Source: Candidatus Marinacidobacterales bacterium (GTDB lineage Bacteria > Acidobacteriota > Vicinamibacteria > Marinacidobacterales > SMYC01). Taken from it: a stretch of DNA of 64,000 bases. Positions 10,258 through 19,662 of this stretch are shown in pieces (positions within the stretch are counted from its first letter, which is position 1; each line of letters opens with the position of its first letter). A model generated the notes under the pieces. The model saw only the letters and a list, made by a program, of their open reading frames with translations. It searched no databases and was not told the origin of the DNA. The stretch covers positions 7,744,001 through 7,808,000 of the forward strand of contig OZ250169.1 of assembly GCA_965237955.1 (NCBI GenBank), read 5' to 3'. Position numbers and translations under genes: made by a program.

Positions 10258-11046
10258 GTGACAGACAAAGCACCCGAGCACGCACGTCCGACCGCCGCGA
10301 CCGAGCCGGCCGTCCCCGAGCCCACCTATGCAGAGAGAGCGAGAACCCTGGTACATGTCGCTCGAGTGGGAACACTTTCGACGGTGTCGCAGAAGGTGGC
10401 CGATTTTCCTTTCGGTTCGGTCGCACCTTACGGGCTCGACGAGCGCGGCTCCCCGACGTTTCTCATCAGCACCATGGCGATGCACACCCAGAACATTCTG
10501 GCGAACGACCGCGGGAGTCTTCTCGTCACCGAAGCTGGTGCCGCGGAGGATCCTCTCGGCGCGGGACGGGTCACGTTAGTAGGCCACGTCGCCAAGACTC
10601 CCGAGTCCGCGCTCGACTACGTTCGCGAACAATACTTGGCTCGCTACGAGAACGCGTCGTACTGGGTCGACTTCAAAGATTTTGCGTTCTTTCAAATGGA
10701 CGTGCTCGAAGTGTACTTCGTCGGTGGTTTCGGCGTCATGGGTTGGGTGAGCGCCGGCGACTATATCGACGCCGAGCCCGATCCTTTGGCCGATGCTGCC
10801 ACCGGCATCCTCGATCATATGAACGACGACCACGTCGAAGCGATGCTGCTTCTCGCCCGGGGCATTGCCGGCGGCGAAGCCGAAGACGCGAAAATGACTG
10901 CCGTCGACCGCCTCGGTTTTCACGTTCGTTTGACCACAGCCGAAGGGATGCGTGGCGTCCGTATCCCGTTCACGCGTGAAGTGCGGAACGGAGACGAGAC
11001 GCGGATGGTTCTCGTGGAAATGGTTCAAAAGGAGCGCAACGCGTAG
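10258..11046 (+). CDS. HugZ-like split-barrel protein (PNPOx-like plus DUF2470)
   Basis: FPFGSVAPY, STMAMHTQN, FVGGFG, ILDHMNDDH. Confidence 0.85.
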   Translation: MTDKAPEHARPTAATEPAVPEPTYAERARTLVHVARVGTLSTVSQKVADFPFGSVAPYGLDERGSPTFLISTMAMHTQNILANDRGSLLVTEAGAAEDPLGAGRVTLVGHVAKTPESALDYVREQYLARYENASYWVDFKDFAFFQMDVLEVYFVGGFGVMGWVSAGDYIDAEPDPLADAATGILDHMNDDHVEAMLLLARGIAGGEAEDAKMTAVDRLGFHVRLTTAEGMRGVRIPFTREVRNGDETRMVLVEMVQKERNA

Positions 11047-11173
11047 CCCTTCTCCCCAACGCCACCCGTCAAGTCGCGGTGGGCGAGTGGTAGACTGTTC
11101 CCCGCGCTTGCTACAGAGAGTGCCAAACAAGCTGACAAGGCAAGATATCGACACGAACGCGGTGAAGAGACCC

Positions 11174-12437
11174 ATGAGAGGTATCGTTTCCTTGCTTGCG
11201 GTCCTGCTGTTTGCCCACCGGTTGTGACGAAAGCCGCTACTCACTCGTCGAAAACGTTGCCGATAGCGAGAAACGGTTTCAGGACGGGCGCTATCCTGGT
11301 TTCATCGACGACGCCGGCGATCAGGGCCTGGTCGAGCTCGCGGGCGACACGCGCCCGGCCCTCACGCCGCCGTTTCCGGCGAGCCTGCGCTTCGACGTCA
11401 CGCTACCGGAAGCAGCTTTCTTGACGCTCGCGCCGGCGCTCATCACCCGCCAACGCGTCGGACGCGCGCGAGTGGAGTTCGTCGTCGTGGTCGAGACTCC
11501 GGATGGCGAACGCACCACCGTTCTCTCCGAGCTTTTGCGTCACACCGAGACGAACCAATGGCACCCACGAGAAGTCGACTTGACGCGCTGGGCAGGACAG
11601 AGCGTCACGCTCGAGCTCACGACGCGTGAGCTCGAAGGGCGTACCGATATGTTGTGGGCCGATCGCGTGCAAGCGGTTTGGGGCGAGCCCGTGGTTGGAG
11701 CGAGCCCGGGCAAGCGATTCGCGGCCGCGACCAATGAGCTCGTGGTGGCGACCACGGACGTGCTGGCGAGTCAGTCGGAGGCCGCCGGGCTCAGTCGAGA
11801 AGATGCCGGTAGCCTGTGGCGATTCGCTGTCAACGTCGTCATCGGTGGGTTGCTGTCCATCGTGATCGGCGAGGTCTTCCGACGTTTCGGATCGACGTCG
11901 TCGGGCCGGCACGCGTTCAGTAACCTGTTCCCGCTGTTCACGATCGTAACCATCGTCGTCATCGCCGTGGTTCGCTCTTCGCTCGCGCTTTCGCTCGGCC
12001 TCATTGGAGCCTTGTCCATCGTGCGCTTTCGCTCGGCCATCAAGTCGCCCGAAGAGTTGGTCTATCTCTTGTTTTGCGCCTCCGTCGGGGTCTCGCTCGG
12101 GGCCGATCAAAGATTGCTCGCGGTGACATCGGTCGCGCTGGTGTGCGCCGTCGTCATCGCGCGCTATCTAGGGCGGCGACCCGCTGACAGAAATCTACTG
12201 CTCACCGTGTCCGGAGACGCGACGCGTTTTTACGACGGCGATGCGTCGGTTTTCAACCGAGTTCGAGAAGTTACGCGAAGGCTCCGACTGCAACGGATCG
12301 ACCACGATGGCACGAACGTCGAGCTTCGAGCGATCGTAACCGTCGACAACGACGGAGGGGCGGCGCTCATCGCGCGTCTCCGAGAGAATCTACCTGGGCT
12401 TCGTTTTTCTTTTGTCGACGCCGATGACATCCTCTGA
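11174..12437 (+). CDS. DUF4956 membrane protein with N-terminal extracytoplasmic domain (probable +1 frameshift at ~11216)
   Basis: SSLALSLGLIGALSIVRFRSAIKSPEELVYL. Removing one C gives the lipoprotein-type leader MRGIVSLLAVLLFATG-C. Confidence 0.8.
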
Positions 12438-13191
12438 AGCCCAACTGGCTACATTCGAGCTCGAGGTGCCGGAGTCGCGATCTGACGGAGTCACGACGTT
12501 CCGGCGTGAGATCAAGTTTGCGCTGCCTCATGTCGATTTCGGCAAGTTCCGCTCGATCTTGGAAGTCAACTGCCGCCGCGTGAGTTACGAGCAGCCGACG
12601 TCGCGGGTCGTGAGCCTCTACTTCGACGATGTCCTGCTGAGCTCGTGCCACGATAATCTGGACGGTACGCCGCGACGGAGCAAGCTCCGTCTGCGGTGGT
12701 ACGACACGCCGTTGCCTGAAACCAAATTCTTTTTCGGAGTCAAAAGGCGCACGGATGACGTGCTGGCGAAGGAGCGGTTTCCGCTTCGCTCCGCGGTGGC
12801 TGTCGCCTCGCTCTAGATTCGTGAAATCGTTGCGGCGCTATCTAGGGCGCTCCCGGCGCCCCAGGCTGAGCTTCTCCGCGCGCGCGACGAGCCGGTCCTC
12901 ATTACCGAATATGAACGGCACTATTTCGAAGCGCTCGGAGAGCCGCTCCGGGTGACCGTCGATACCAATCTCGTTTTTTATCCGCAAACGAATGGCGGTC
13001 CACCTCGCCGGCGGTTCCCGGCGCGCGTCCCCGAGCTCGTGATCCTGGAAGGCAAGGCGCCGGTCGGAAGCGAGCACCGCCTTCGCGAGCTGCTGTTCCC
13101 GCTCGAGCCGTGGGTAACACGATCGTCGAAGTACGTCATGGGCTGCCAGTCTCTTGGGCTCCTTCCCGGCAGCCATTTTGGGCCGATCTAG
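12412..13191 (+). CDS. VTC (polyphosphate polymerase-like) domain protein with in-frame TAG at 12814-12816
   Basis: RREIKF, SLYFDD, RSKLRLRWY, YERHYF, RVTVD, ILEGK, SKYV. Both halves lie in the same frame. Confidence 0.8.
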
Positions 13192-15125
13192 TGAGATTGT
13201 TTCTCCTGGTCGTGATCCACGCTTTGCTGACGCGAGGAGTCTCTGCCGACACGGTCGCCGACACGCGTTTCAAGTATCGACGAGGTTTCTACTCGGCGCC
13301 GTTTCTGCAGGTCATTCGATCGGAGACTCCGGGTGCGAAGATCCGCTACACGACCGACGGAAGCGAGCCCAGCGCGACTCACGGCGTGGGAGGCAGCAAT
13401 CCCGTAGCCGTCCGTGTCGAGTCGACGACGACGCTACGCGTCATGGCGTACAAAGATGGGATGCAGCCGACCAACATCGATACCCACACGTACATCTTCC
13501 CCACGGACGTGTTGAAGCAGCCGCGACACGTGGAAGGCTATCCCACGTCGTTGACGCAAGAGGGCATGGGATATCTGGTAGAGCTCGACTACGAGATGGA
13601 TCCCGAGATCGTGAACCACCCCGCCTATCGCGATGAGCTCGTCTCGTCGTTGAAGTCCATACCGACGCTATCCATCGTGTTGGATCCCGCCGACCTCTTC
13701 GGGCAAAGGTTCTCTTCTGACGGCGAGCGGCTAGACCCCCGCATCAGCGGCATCTATTTCGGCCATCTTGGCGCCCGGAGCGAGGCGCGTGCGTCCGTCG
13801 AGCTCATCTATCCGGAGCGTCCCGCCGCGGGGTTCCAAATCGATTGCGGGATCGAGTCGCACGGGATACGCGGCCTCAAACGCTCGCTCAAGCTCAAGTT
13901 CCAGAAAGAGTTCGGTTCGGGAAAGCTTCGCTCTTCGTTTCTCCAAAACGCGCCGCTGAATGGCGACAGCGCGACCACGAAGTTCGATCGCATCGTGTTG
14001 CGCGCCGGGCACAGTCGTTCGTGGGCCGGTGAAAACCCGGACGAGACCTGTTACACCCGCGACCAATGGGTGCGAGACACGCAAATCGCGATGAGCGGTA
14101 TCGGATCGCACGGGGCGTTCGTCCATTTGTATCTCAACGGGTTGTATTTGGGGGTCTACAACGCGGTCGAGCGTCCCGACGCATGGTTCACATCCGCCTA
14201 CCGAGGCGGGGCGCAACAAGACTGGTTTGCGGTCAACCACAACAGAGAGTTGCACGGCGATGGAGAGCGGTGGCTCTACTTGCGGGGAAGACTCAAAGAC
14301 AAGGACTTGAGCGAGTCGAAGAACTATCGAGAGCTCGAAGAGTATCTCGATGTCGCTGAGTTCGCCGACTATATGATCTTGGGTTGGTACGTGAGGCTCG
14401 ATGACTGGGGACCGAACCGTAACTGGTACGCCGGCAACCGTAGCCGTCCTCCCGGACCGCTCCACTTCTTCATGTGGGATGCGGAGTACAGTTTGTTCGC
14501 CGGCTCCGAGCCGATGGCTTGGATCCACGAGCTCTACCGCGCCGACGCGTTCACCGACTCCTGGGACATGGTCGGTTTGTGGCATGCACTCGCGCGCAGT
14601 CCGGATTTCATGACGCTGTTCGCCGATCGCGTCTACGAGCATTGCTTCCACGACGGTGCGCTGACCGAGGAAAACGCCATCGCACGTTGGCGTCACCTGA
14701 ACGAGCTCGTCTCCGACGCGTTGATCGCCGAGTCGGCACGATGGGGTGATGCGCGCAAAGTCTTCGGCGAGCCGACACGGACGAGAGACGACACGTTCCT
14801 GCCGGAAGTGGAACGCGTGGTCGGCATCATGACGGGCAACGTCGCCCACTTCATCAAAGTCCTGAGGGACGAAGGCTACTATCCGTCGATCGATCCGCCC
14901 GAGATCGCCGGGTCGAACCTCGTGAACCCAAACGGCTCGGGCGTCGTCTACTACACCATCGACGGATCCGATCCCCGAGCTCGAGGAGGCGCGGTCTCCG
15001 ACGCGGCACTCGAATGGGCGAGCGACGCGGCGCTCACGCTGGCTGGCGGGGAGGTTGTCAAAGCGCGGGTCCGAACCGAACGGGAGTGGAGCGCGCTCCA
15101 CTCGTTCGATCCGAGCTCACAGTAG
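13191..15125 (+). CDS. CotH kinase family protein with Fn3-associated domains
   Basis: IRYTTDGSEP and YYTIDGSDP flanks, VHLYLNGLYLGVYNAVER, DWGPNRNWY, FFMWDAE. Confidence 0.85.
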   Translation: MRLFLLVVIHALLTRGVSADTVADTRFKYRRGFYSAPFLQVIRSETPGAKIRYTTDGSEPSATHGVGGSNPVAVRVESTTTLRVMAYKDGMQPTNIDTHTYIFPTDVLKQPRHVEGYPTSLTQEGMGYLVELDYEMDPEIVNHPAYRDELVSSLKSIPTLSIVLDPADLFGQRFSSDGERLDPRISGIYFGHLGARSEARASVELIYPERPAAGFQIDCGIESHGIRGLKRSLKLKFQKEFGSGKLRSSFLQNAPLNGDSATTKFDRIVLRAGHSRSWAGENPDETCYTRDQWVRDTQIAMSGIGSHGAFVHLYLNGLYLGVYNAVERPDAWFTSAYRGGAQQDWFAVNHNRELHGDGERWLYLRGRLKDKDLSESKNYRELEEYLDVAEFADYMILGWYVRLDDWGPNRNWYAGNRSRPPGPLHFFMWDAEYSLFAGSEPMAWIHELYRADAFTDSWDMVGLWHALARSPDFMTLFADRVYEHCFHDGALTEENAIARWRHLNELVSDALIAESARWGDARKVFGEPTRTRDDTFLPEVERVVGIMTGNVAHFIKVLRDEGYYPSIDPPEIAGSNLVNPNGSGVVYYTIDGSDPRARGGAVSDAALEWASDAALTLAGGEVVKARVRTEREWSALHSFDPSSQ

Positions 15126-15785
15126 CGTATCGAGGTTGACGTACGAGAGCTGATACTGCGGAAATTTCTCGCGAAGGTTCGACATGAGCTCGGTCGTCTC
15201 CTCTGGCGTCGAAAGCGCAACGTTCGCCCGGAATTGAACTTGACCGTCCTCGAGATCGAATCTCTGGATGGTCAATCCGTGGGTGAGACTCTTGAGCGTC
15301 TCGACGAACGCGCCGTCTTTTTCGTCGAAGAAGCCGTCCGCATCACCCGTCAACGTCAACAGGAGATTGTGTTGACGCGGTCGCCGACTGAGAAACCGTC
15401 GCCCGACGATGAAAGCCGAGACGATGGCGACGGAAACGAACGTCAGCAACCGATGCTCCGCCCCGAGCGCGAGGCCCACCGCGATACAGAAGAACAGGTA
15501 CACGAGCTCTTCCGCCGTTTTGATCGCAGCGCGGAAACGAACGATCGAAAGCGCGCCGACGAGCCCGAGAGCGCGCGCGAGCGACGATTTCACGACGAAG
15601 ATGATGACGACGGTCACCATCGTCAACATCGGAAAAACGCTCGAGAACGTGTCGCGGTTCGATATCGTCGAGCTGCAACGCTTGTAAAGCTCCCGGATAT
15701 AGATCGCGAGAACGCCACCAATCAAGGTGTTGATGGCGCAGGTCACGACCATCGAGAGCTCGGGAGTCAGAGTCAGTCCGCTCAA
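15117..15785 (-). CDS. DUF4956 membrane protein
   Basis: KSSLARALGLVGALSIVRFRAAIKTAEELVYLF. Paralog of 11174-12437. Confidence 0.85.
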   Translation of the reverse strand: MSGLTLTPELSMVVTCAINTLIGGVLAIYIRELYKRCSSTISNRDTFSSVFPMLTMVTVVIIFVVKSSLARALGLVGALSIVRFRAAIKTAEELVYLFFCIAVGLALGAEHRLLTFVSVAIVSAFIVGRRFLSRRPRQHNLLLTLTGDADGFFDEKDGAFVETLKSLTHGLTIQRFDLEDGQVQFRANVALSTPEETTELMSNLREKFPQYQLSYVNLDTLL

Positions 15786-15836
15786 CGACGAAAGCGTATC
15801 AAGCCGTCCCCGATGTTGCGAGGAATTCCTAGTGCC

Positions 15837-16043
15837 TTACCGTTTGTCCGTCTGGGCCTTCGTCCGGAACTCTCCGCACCACCAGTTTTCGTTCACGCTC
15901 GGCCAGAGCTCGGACGGCTGCTTCGAGTGCGTGTCGAAGTACACCAGGGGAGGAAACCGGCGGCACTTGCCGCGGGCAACCGACGAGCGGACGAAAAAAA
16001 CACATCGCTCGCAAGCTGGACGGGGCATGGGAGGCAGGAGCAT
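15837..16043 (-). CDS. Small Cys-rich protein
   Basis: CERCVFF...GKCRRFPP...WPSV...WCGEF pattern. Confidence 0.6.
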   Translation of the reverse strand: MLLPPMPRPACERCVFFVRSSVARGKCRRFPPLVYFDTHSKQPSELWPSVNENWWCGEFRTKAQTDKR

Positions 16044-16132
16044 ACCCTAAATAGCGACAGGTGTAAATAAGGTGTAGTGTGTAGTCACGTTACCACTGCT
16101 CCCGCAGACGTACAAGCACAGGAGTCGAGCGG

Positions 16133-17158
16133 CTAACGGTCGATCGGCTCGAGGTAATCATCTAGCTCCTCGACGAGCCGGCTCTTTTCTTCCGATGCGA
16201 GAAAGCTCGCTTCGAAGGCGTTTCGCGTCAGCTGATAGAGGTGGTCTCGCGTGAGGCCCAATGCCTCTTGGACGGCGACGTAGTTCTCCTCGATGTAACC
16301 ACCGAAATACGCCGGATCATCTGAGTTGACGGTGGCGCAAAGGCCCGCCTCGAGTAGATCTTTGAGATTGTGGTCTTCCAGTTTCTTGAACACGCCCAGC
16401 TTGACATTCGACAGAGGACAAACCGTCAACGGCGTCTGCCTCTTCCGCAGCAACTCGACGAGCTTCGGGTCTTCGAGGCAGCGCACCCCGTGGTCGATAC
16501 GGGAGACGTCGAGTAGATCCAATGCTTGCCAAATGTAGTCCGGCGGTCCCTCTTCTCCGGCGTGCGCGACCGTCTTCAGGCCGAGCGCCAACGCCTTATC
16601 GAAAACGCGCTCGAACTTCAACGGAGGGTGCCCGAGCTCGGAAGAGTCGAGACCCACGGCGGTAATCCAGTCTCGGAAGGCAACCGCGCGTTCGAGGGTC
16701 TCCATCGCGGCGTCCGCGCTCAAATGCCGGAGGAAACAGAGGATGAGCTTGGACGAAAGATTCCACTCGCTCTGGGCGTCGTCGAGCGCCCGCCGCAGTC
16801 CGGTGATGACGGTCTCGAACGGCACGCCGCGATCGGTATGGGTCTGGGGATCGAAAAAGATCTCCACGTGCCGCACGTTTTGGGCTGCCACGGTTTGCAG
16901 GTAGGCGTGAGCTAGCTGGTAAAAGTCCTGCTCCTTCACGAGGACCCGCGCACCTTCGTAGTACACGTCGAGGAACGACTGAAGGTCCGTGAACGCGTAC
17001 GCTCGACGCACCTCCGCAACAGATGCGAACGGAAGTTTGACCCCGCTGCACGCGGCAAGCTCGAACATCAGCTCGGGCTGGAGCGAGCCCTCGATATGAA
17101 TGTGGAGCTCCGCTTTGGGAAGGCCTTGGATGAAGGACTTCATAGACGGCTCTGTCAT
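16133..17158 (-). CDS. add: Adenosine/adenine deaminase
   Basis: [33 protein letters not shown]. Confidence 0.9.
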   Translation of the reverse strand: MTEPSMKSFIQGLPKAELHIHIEGSLQPELMFELAACSGVKLPFASVAEVRRAYAFTDLQSFLDVYYEGARVLVKEQDFYQLAHAYLQTVAAQNVRHVEIFFDPQTHTDRGVPFETVITGLRRALDDAQSEWNLSSKLILCFLRHLSADAAMETLERAVAFRDWITAVGLDSSELGHPPLKFERVFDKALALGLKTVAHAGEEGPPDYIWQALDLLDVSRIDHGVRCLEDPKLVELLRKRQTPLTVCPLSNVKLGVFKKLEDHNLKDLLEAGLCATVNSDDPAYFGGYIEENYVAVQEALGLTRDHLYQLTRNAFEASFLASEEKSRLVEELDDYLEPIDR

Positions 17159-17403
17159 AATACCCCTAGTAATAATGATAGGGGTTGGATGGCAGTCCGG
17201 GAAGCGGGGGCTCGGTTCTTGACGTCGGACTTATGGGCTTCCGGAAGACGCACTCAGGACGAGCACGATGGTGGGATCGAGCGGGTAGCGGCCAGAATTG
17301 GGCTCCGTAGCCGGTTCGACAAGAAGTAAGGGTTCGACGCTGACCGCAGTCGAAAAACGTGCGGGTCGACGTTCGCGAAACGCCAGAACAAAGGAGTGCA
17401 GAG

Positions 17404-17955
17404 ATGGCGAAGTGGGTTTTTGAACCTGGGCATTCTGCCGCAGCATTTCGGGTGCGGCACATGATGGTCACGTGGGTGCGCGGCATTATTCCTGGAGTCG
17501 AAGGGACGCTCGACCTCGATTGGGACAATCCCGTCGGCGGCGTTATCGAGGTCACGATGGATGCACAGAAGCTATGGACCGGAGACGATGATCGAGATGG
17601 TCATCTGAAAAACGCCGACTTCCTCGACGTCGAGAATCATCCGAAGATTTACTTCAAGGGCCGATTCACAGAGCAAATTGGTGAGACCAACTACACCGTT
17701 GCGGGTGATCTGACGATCCGCGGAATCACACGTCCAGTCGTCATGGACGTGGACTACCTTGGTCACTGGGCGACACCGTTTTGGGTTGGCAACGAAGACA
17801 AGGGACCCAAAACCCGAGCCGGCTTCACTGGCACGACGAGGATCAATCGCCAGGATTTCGACATTAGCTGGCAGGGGGAATTGGAGAAGGGCGGTGTCGT
17901 CGTCGGGAACGACGTTTTCATCACCGTGGATGCTGAAGCTCTGCTCGAAGACTGA
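17404..17955 (+). CDS. YceI family protein
   Basis: HSAAAFRVRHMM, RDGHLKNADFLDV, GDLTIRG. AGGAG RBS. Confidence 0.9.
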   Translation: MAKWVFEPGHSAAAFRVRHMMVTWVRGIIPGVEGTLDLDWDNPVGGVIEVTMDAQKLWTGDDDRDGHLKNADFLDVENHPKIYFKGRFTEQIGETNYTVAGDLTIRGITRPVVMDVDYLGHWATPFWVGNEDKGPKTRAGFTGTTRINRQDFDISWQGELEKGGVVVGNDVFITVDAEALLED

Positions 17956-17985
17956 TACCCTTCGGCGACTGTGAGGAGGTGACCG

Positions 17986-18969
17986 ATGGCACGGACGATG
18001 AGCTTTACCCGCAGGGAGTGGCTGGGAACGGTGGGTGCCGCGGCGCTTTCATCGCGAGCCGTGTCCGAGGACGAGAAAACGTTTGGCGGGGTGTTCGAGA
18101 TCCTGGCGACGCCTTACAAAGAAGACAAGTCGGTTGACTACGAAGACCTCGCCGCCGAAGTCGAGTTTCTCGCTCGTTGCGGAACGCAGGGCCTCGTATG
18201 GCCTCAGAACTCGAGCGACCTGCCTTGGCTCACCCGGGACGAGATTTTGGAAGGCATGACCGTCATCGCCAAAGCGGCGAAGGGCACGAGCCCAACGCTC
18301 GTACTGGGAGTTCAAGGCCGGAACACTGAGTCGATGCTTGCGTTCGCTCGTCATGCCGAACAGTTGGGCGCCGACGCGATGATCGCCATGCCCCCCAAAG
18401 ACGCGAAGTCACTCGACGAGTATCGTGAGTACTACACCGAGCTCTGCAAACTGACGTTGCGGCCGGTCTTCATCCAAACGTCGGCGGGCGCTCCCGACAT
18501 CGAGCCCACCATCGAACTCATCGTCGAGCTCGGCGAAAAGTTTCCGAACTTCGGCTACGTCAAAGAGGAGTACGGAGACACGCTTGTGCGGATGCAAGCC
18601 CTGACCCGGCATCGTCCCGGCGCTGTGAAGCGCATCTTCGGCGGAAGTCGAGCACGCGCGTGGACGTATGAAATGCGTCTCGGCATGGACGGGATGATGA
18701 CTGGCCGACCACAGTATGCCGAGGTCTATGCACGCATTTGGGACCTCCATAACGAGAATCGATCCGACGCTGTACGCGATCTCTACAGCAAGCTCATGTT
18801 GATCACGAACCTCGAGAACTACGTTCCCGGATTACGCCCTTACCTCATGAAGCAGCGCGGCGTGTTCAAAACTCACGTCACCCGCCGTGGCGATTTCGAG
18901 TTCGATGCCAACGCCGTCGCCGAGATCGACTACAACATGGAGCCGTTGAAGCCGTATCTGCACACATGA
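17986..18969 (+). CDS. DHDPS/NanA-family aldolase-like protein with Tat-like leader
   Basis: TRREWL leader, ATPY...VDYEDL, GADAMIAMPP, GYVKEE Schiff-base lysine. Confidence 0.8.
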   Translation: MARTMSFTRREWLGTVGAAALSSRAVSEDEKTFGGVFEILATPYKEDKSVDYEDLAAEVEFLARCGTQGLVWPQNSSDLPWLTRDEILEGMTVIAKAAKGTSPTLVLGVQGRNTESMLAFARHAEQLGADAMIAMPPKDAKSLDEYREYYTELCKLTLRPVFIQTSAGAPDIEPTIELIVELGEKFPNFGYVKEEYGDTLVRMQALTRHRPGAVKRIFGGSRARAWTYEMRLGMDGMMTGRPQYAEVYARIWDLHNENRSDAVRDLYSKLMLITNLENYVPGLRPYLMKQRGVFKTHVTRRGDFEFDANAVAEIDYNMEPLKPYLHT

Positions 18970-19071
18970 AGACGTCCCCCTCGGGTGAGGGGGGGTCTCT
19001 ACTTAAGTTTGGATGGACCGTACCGGCGGCGTAACGACTGCGGTGGATGGAGTAGAGTTCGTGGTGTCGAT

Positions 19072-19101
19072 TTGACTGTGTGATCTACTGTGGAGTATAA
19101 T
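19072..19101 (+). promoter_or_regulatory. Sigma70-like promoter of the TA operon
   Basis: TTGACT-N18-TATAAT ending 10 nt before the antitoxin ATG. Confidence 0.6.
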
Positions 19102-19111
19102 CAACAACAGA

Positions 19112-19345
19112 ATGGCTACGATTCAAGTGGTGCTGGACGACGCGCTGCTGCAGATTGCGGACAGATTCGCCAAGCAGCAACGGGTCAATCGCTCGGCGCT
19201 CATTCGTGAAGCTCTGCGAGCCCATCTGAAGAAGCTTCGCTACCAGGAGCTGGAGAGGCAGGAACGTGACGCCTACGAGCGACAACCCGACGACCTCGAC
19301 GAGGTCGCGCGCTGGGAAAGGGTTGCCGATTGGCCGCCCGACTAG
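19112..19345 (+). CDS. Ribbon-helix-helix antitoxin
   Basis: TIQVVLDD...NRSALIREAL. Overlaps the toxin start. Confidence 0.85.
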   Translation: MATIQVVLDDALLQIADRFAKQQRVNRSALIREALRAHLKKLRYQELERQERDAYERQPDDLDEVARWERVADWPPD

Positions 19346-19662
19346 AGCGCGGTGAAATCCGCTTCTACCAGTTCGCGGCGCCGGACAAGTCGCGGCCGGT
19401 CTTGGTGCTCACGCGCGGGGAGTCCGTGAAGTATCTTTCGAAGGTCACGGTCGCGCCGGTCACTTCGACGATTCGCGGTGTTGCCTCCGAGGTAGCGCTT
19501 GACGTAGATGACGGGATGAAAGCACCGTGCGTCGTCAATCTTCACAATGTTGTTACTGTCGCGAAAGCGGGCATAGGAGGACGACTGACTAAGCTCAGCG
19601 AAGAAAAGATGAATCTTGTATGCGACGCTATCGCCTATGCGCTCGGTTGTGAAGGGTCGTAA
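19330..19662 (+). CDS. PemK/MazF family toxin
   Basis: RGEI...DKSRPVLVLTR...VAPVTSTIRG. Confidence 0.9.
   Translation: MAARLERGEIRFYQFAAPDKSRPVLVLTRGESVKYLSKVTVAPVTSTIRGVASEVALDVDDGMKAPCVVNLHNVVTVAKAGIGGRLTKLSEEKMNLVCDAIAYALGCEGS

Noticed and set aside
12814-12816. Pyrrolysine or amber recoding of the genome
   Set aside because: Many genes here end in TAG and no pyl genes are visible.
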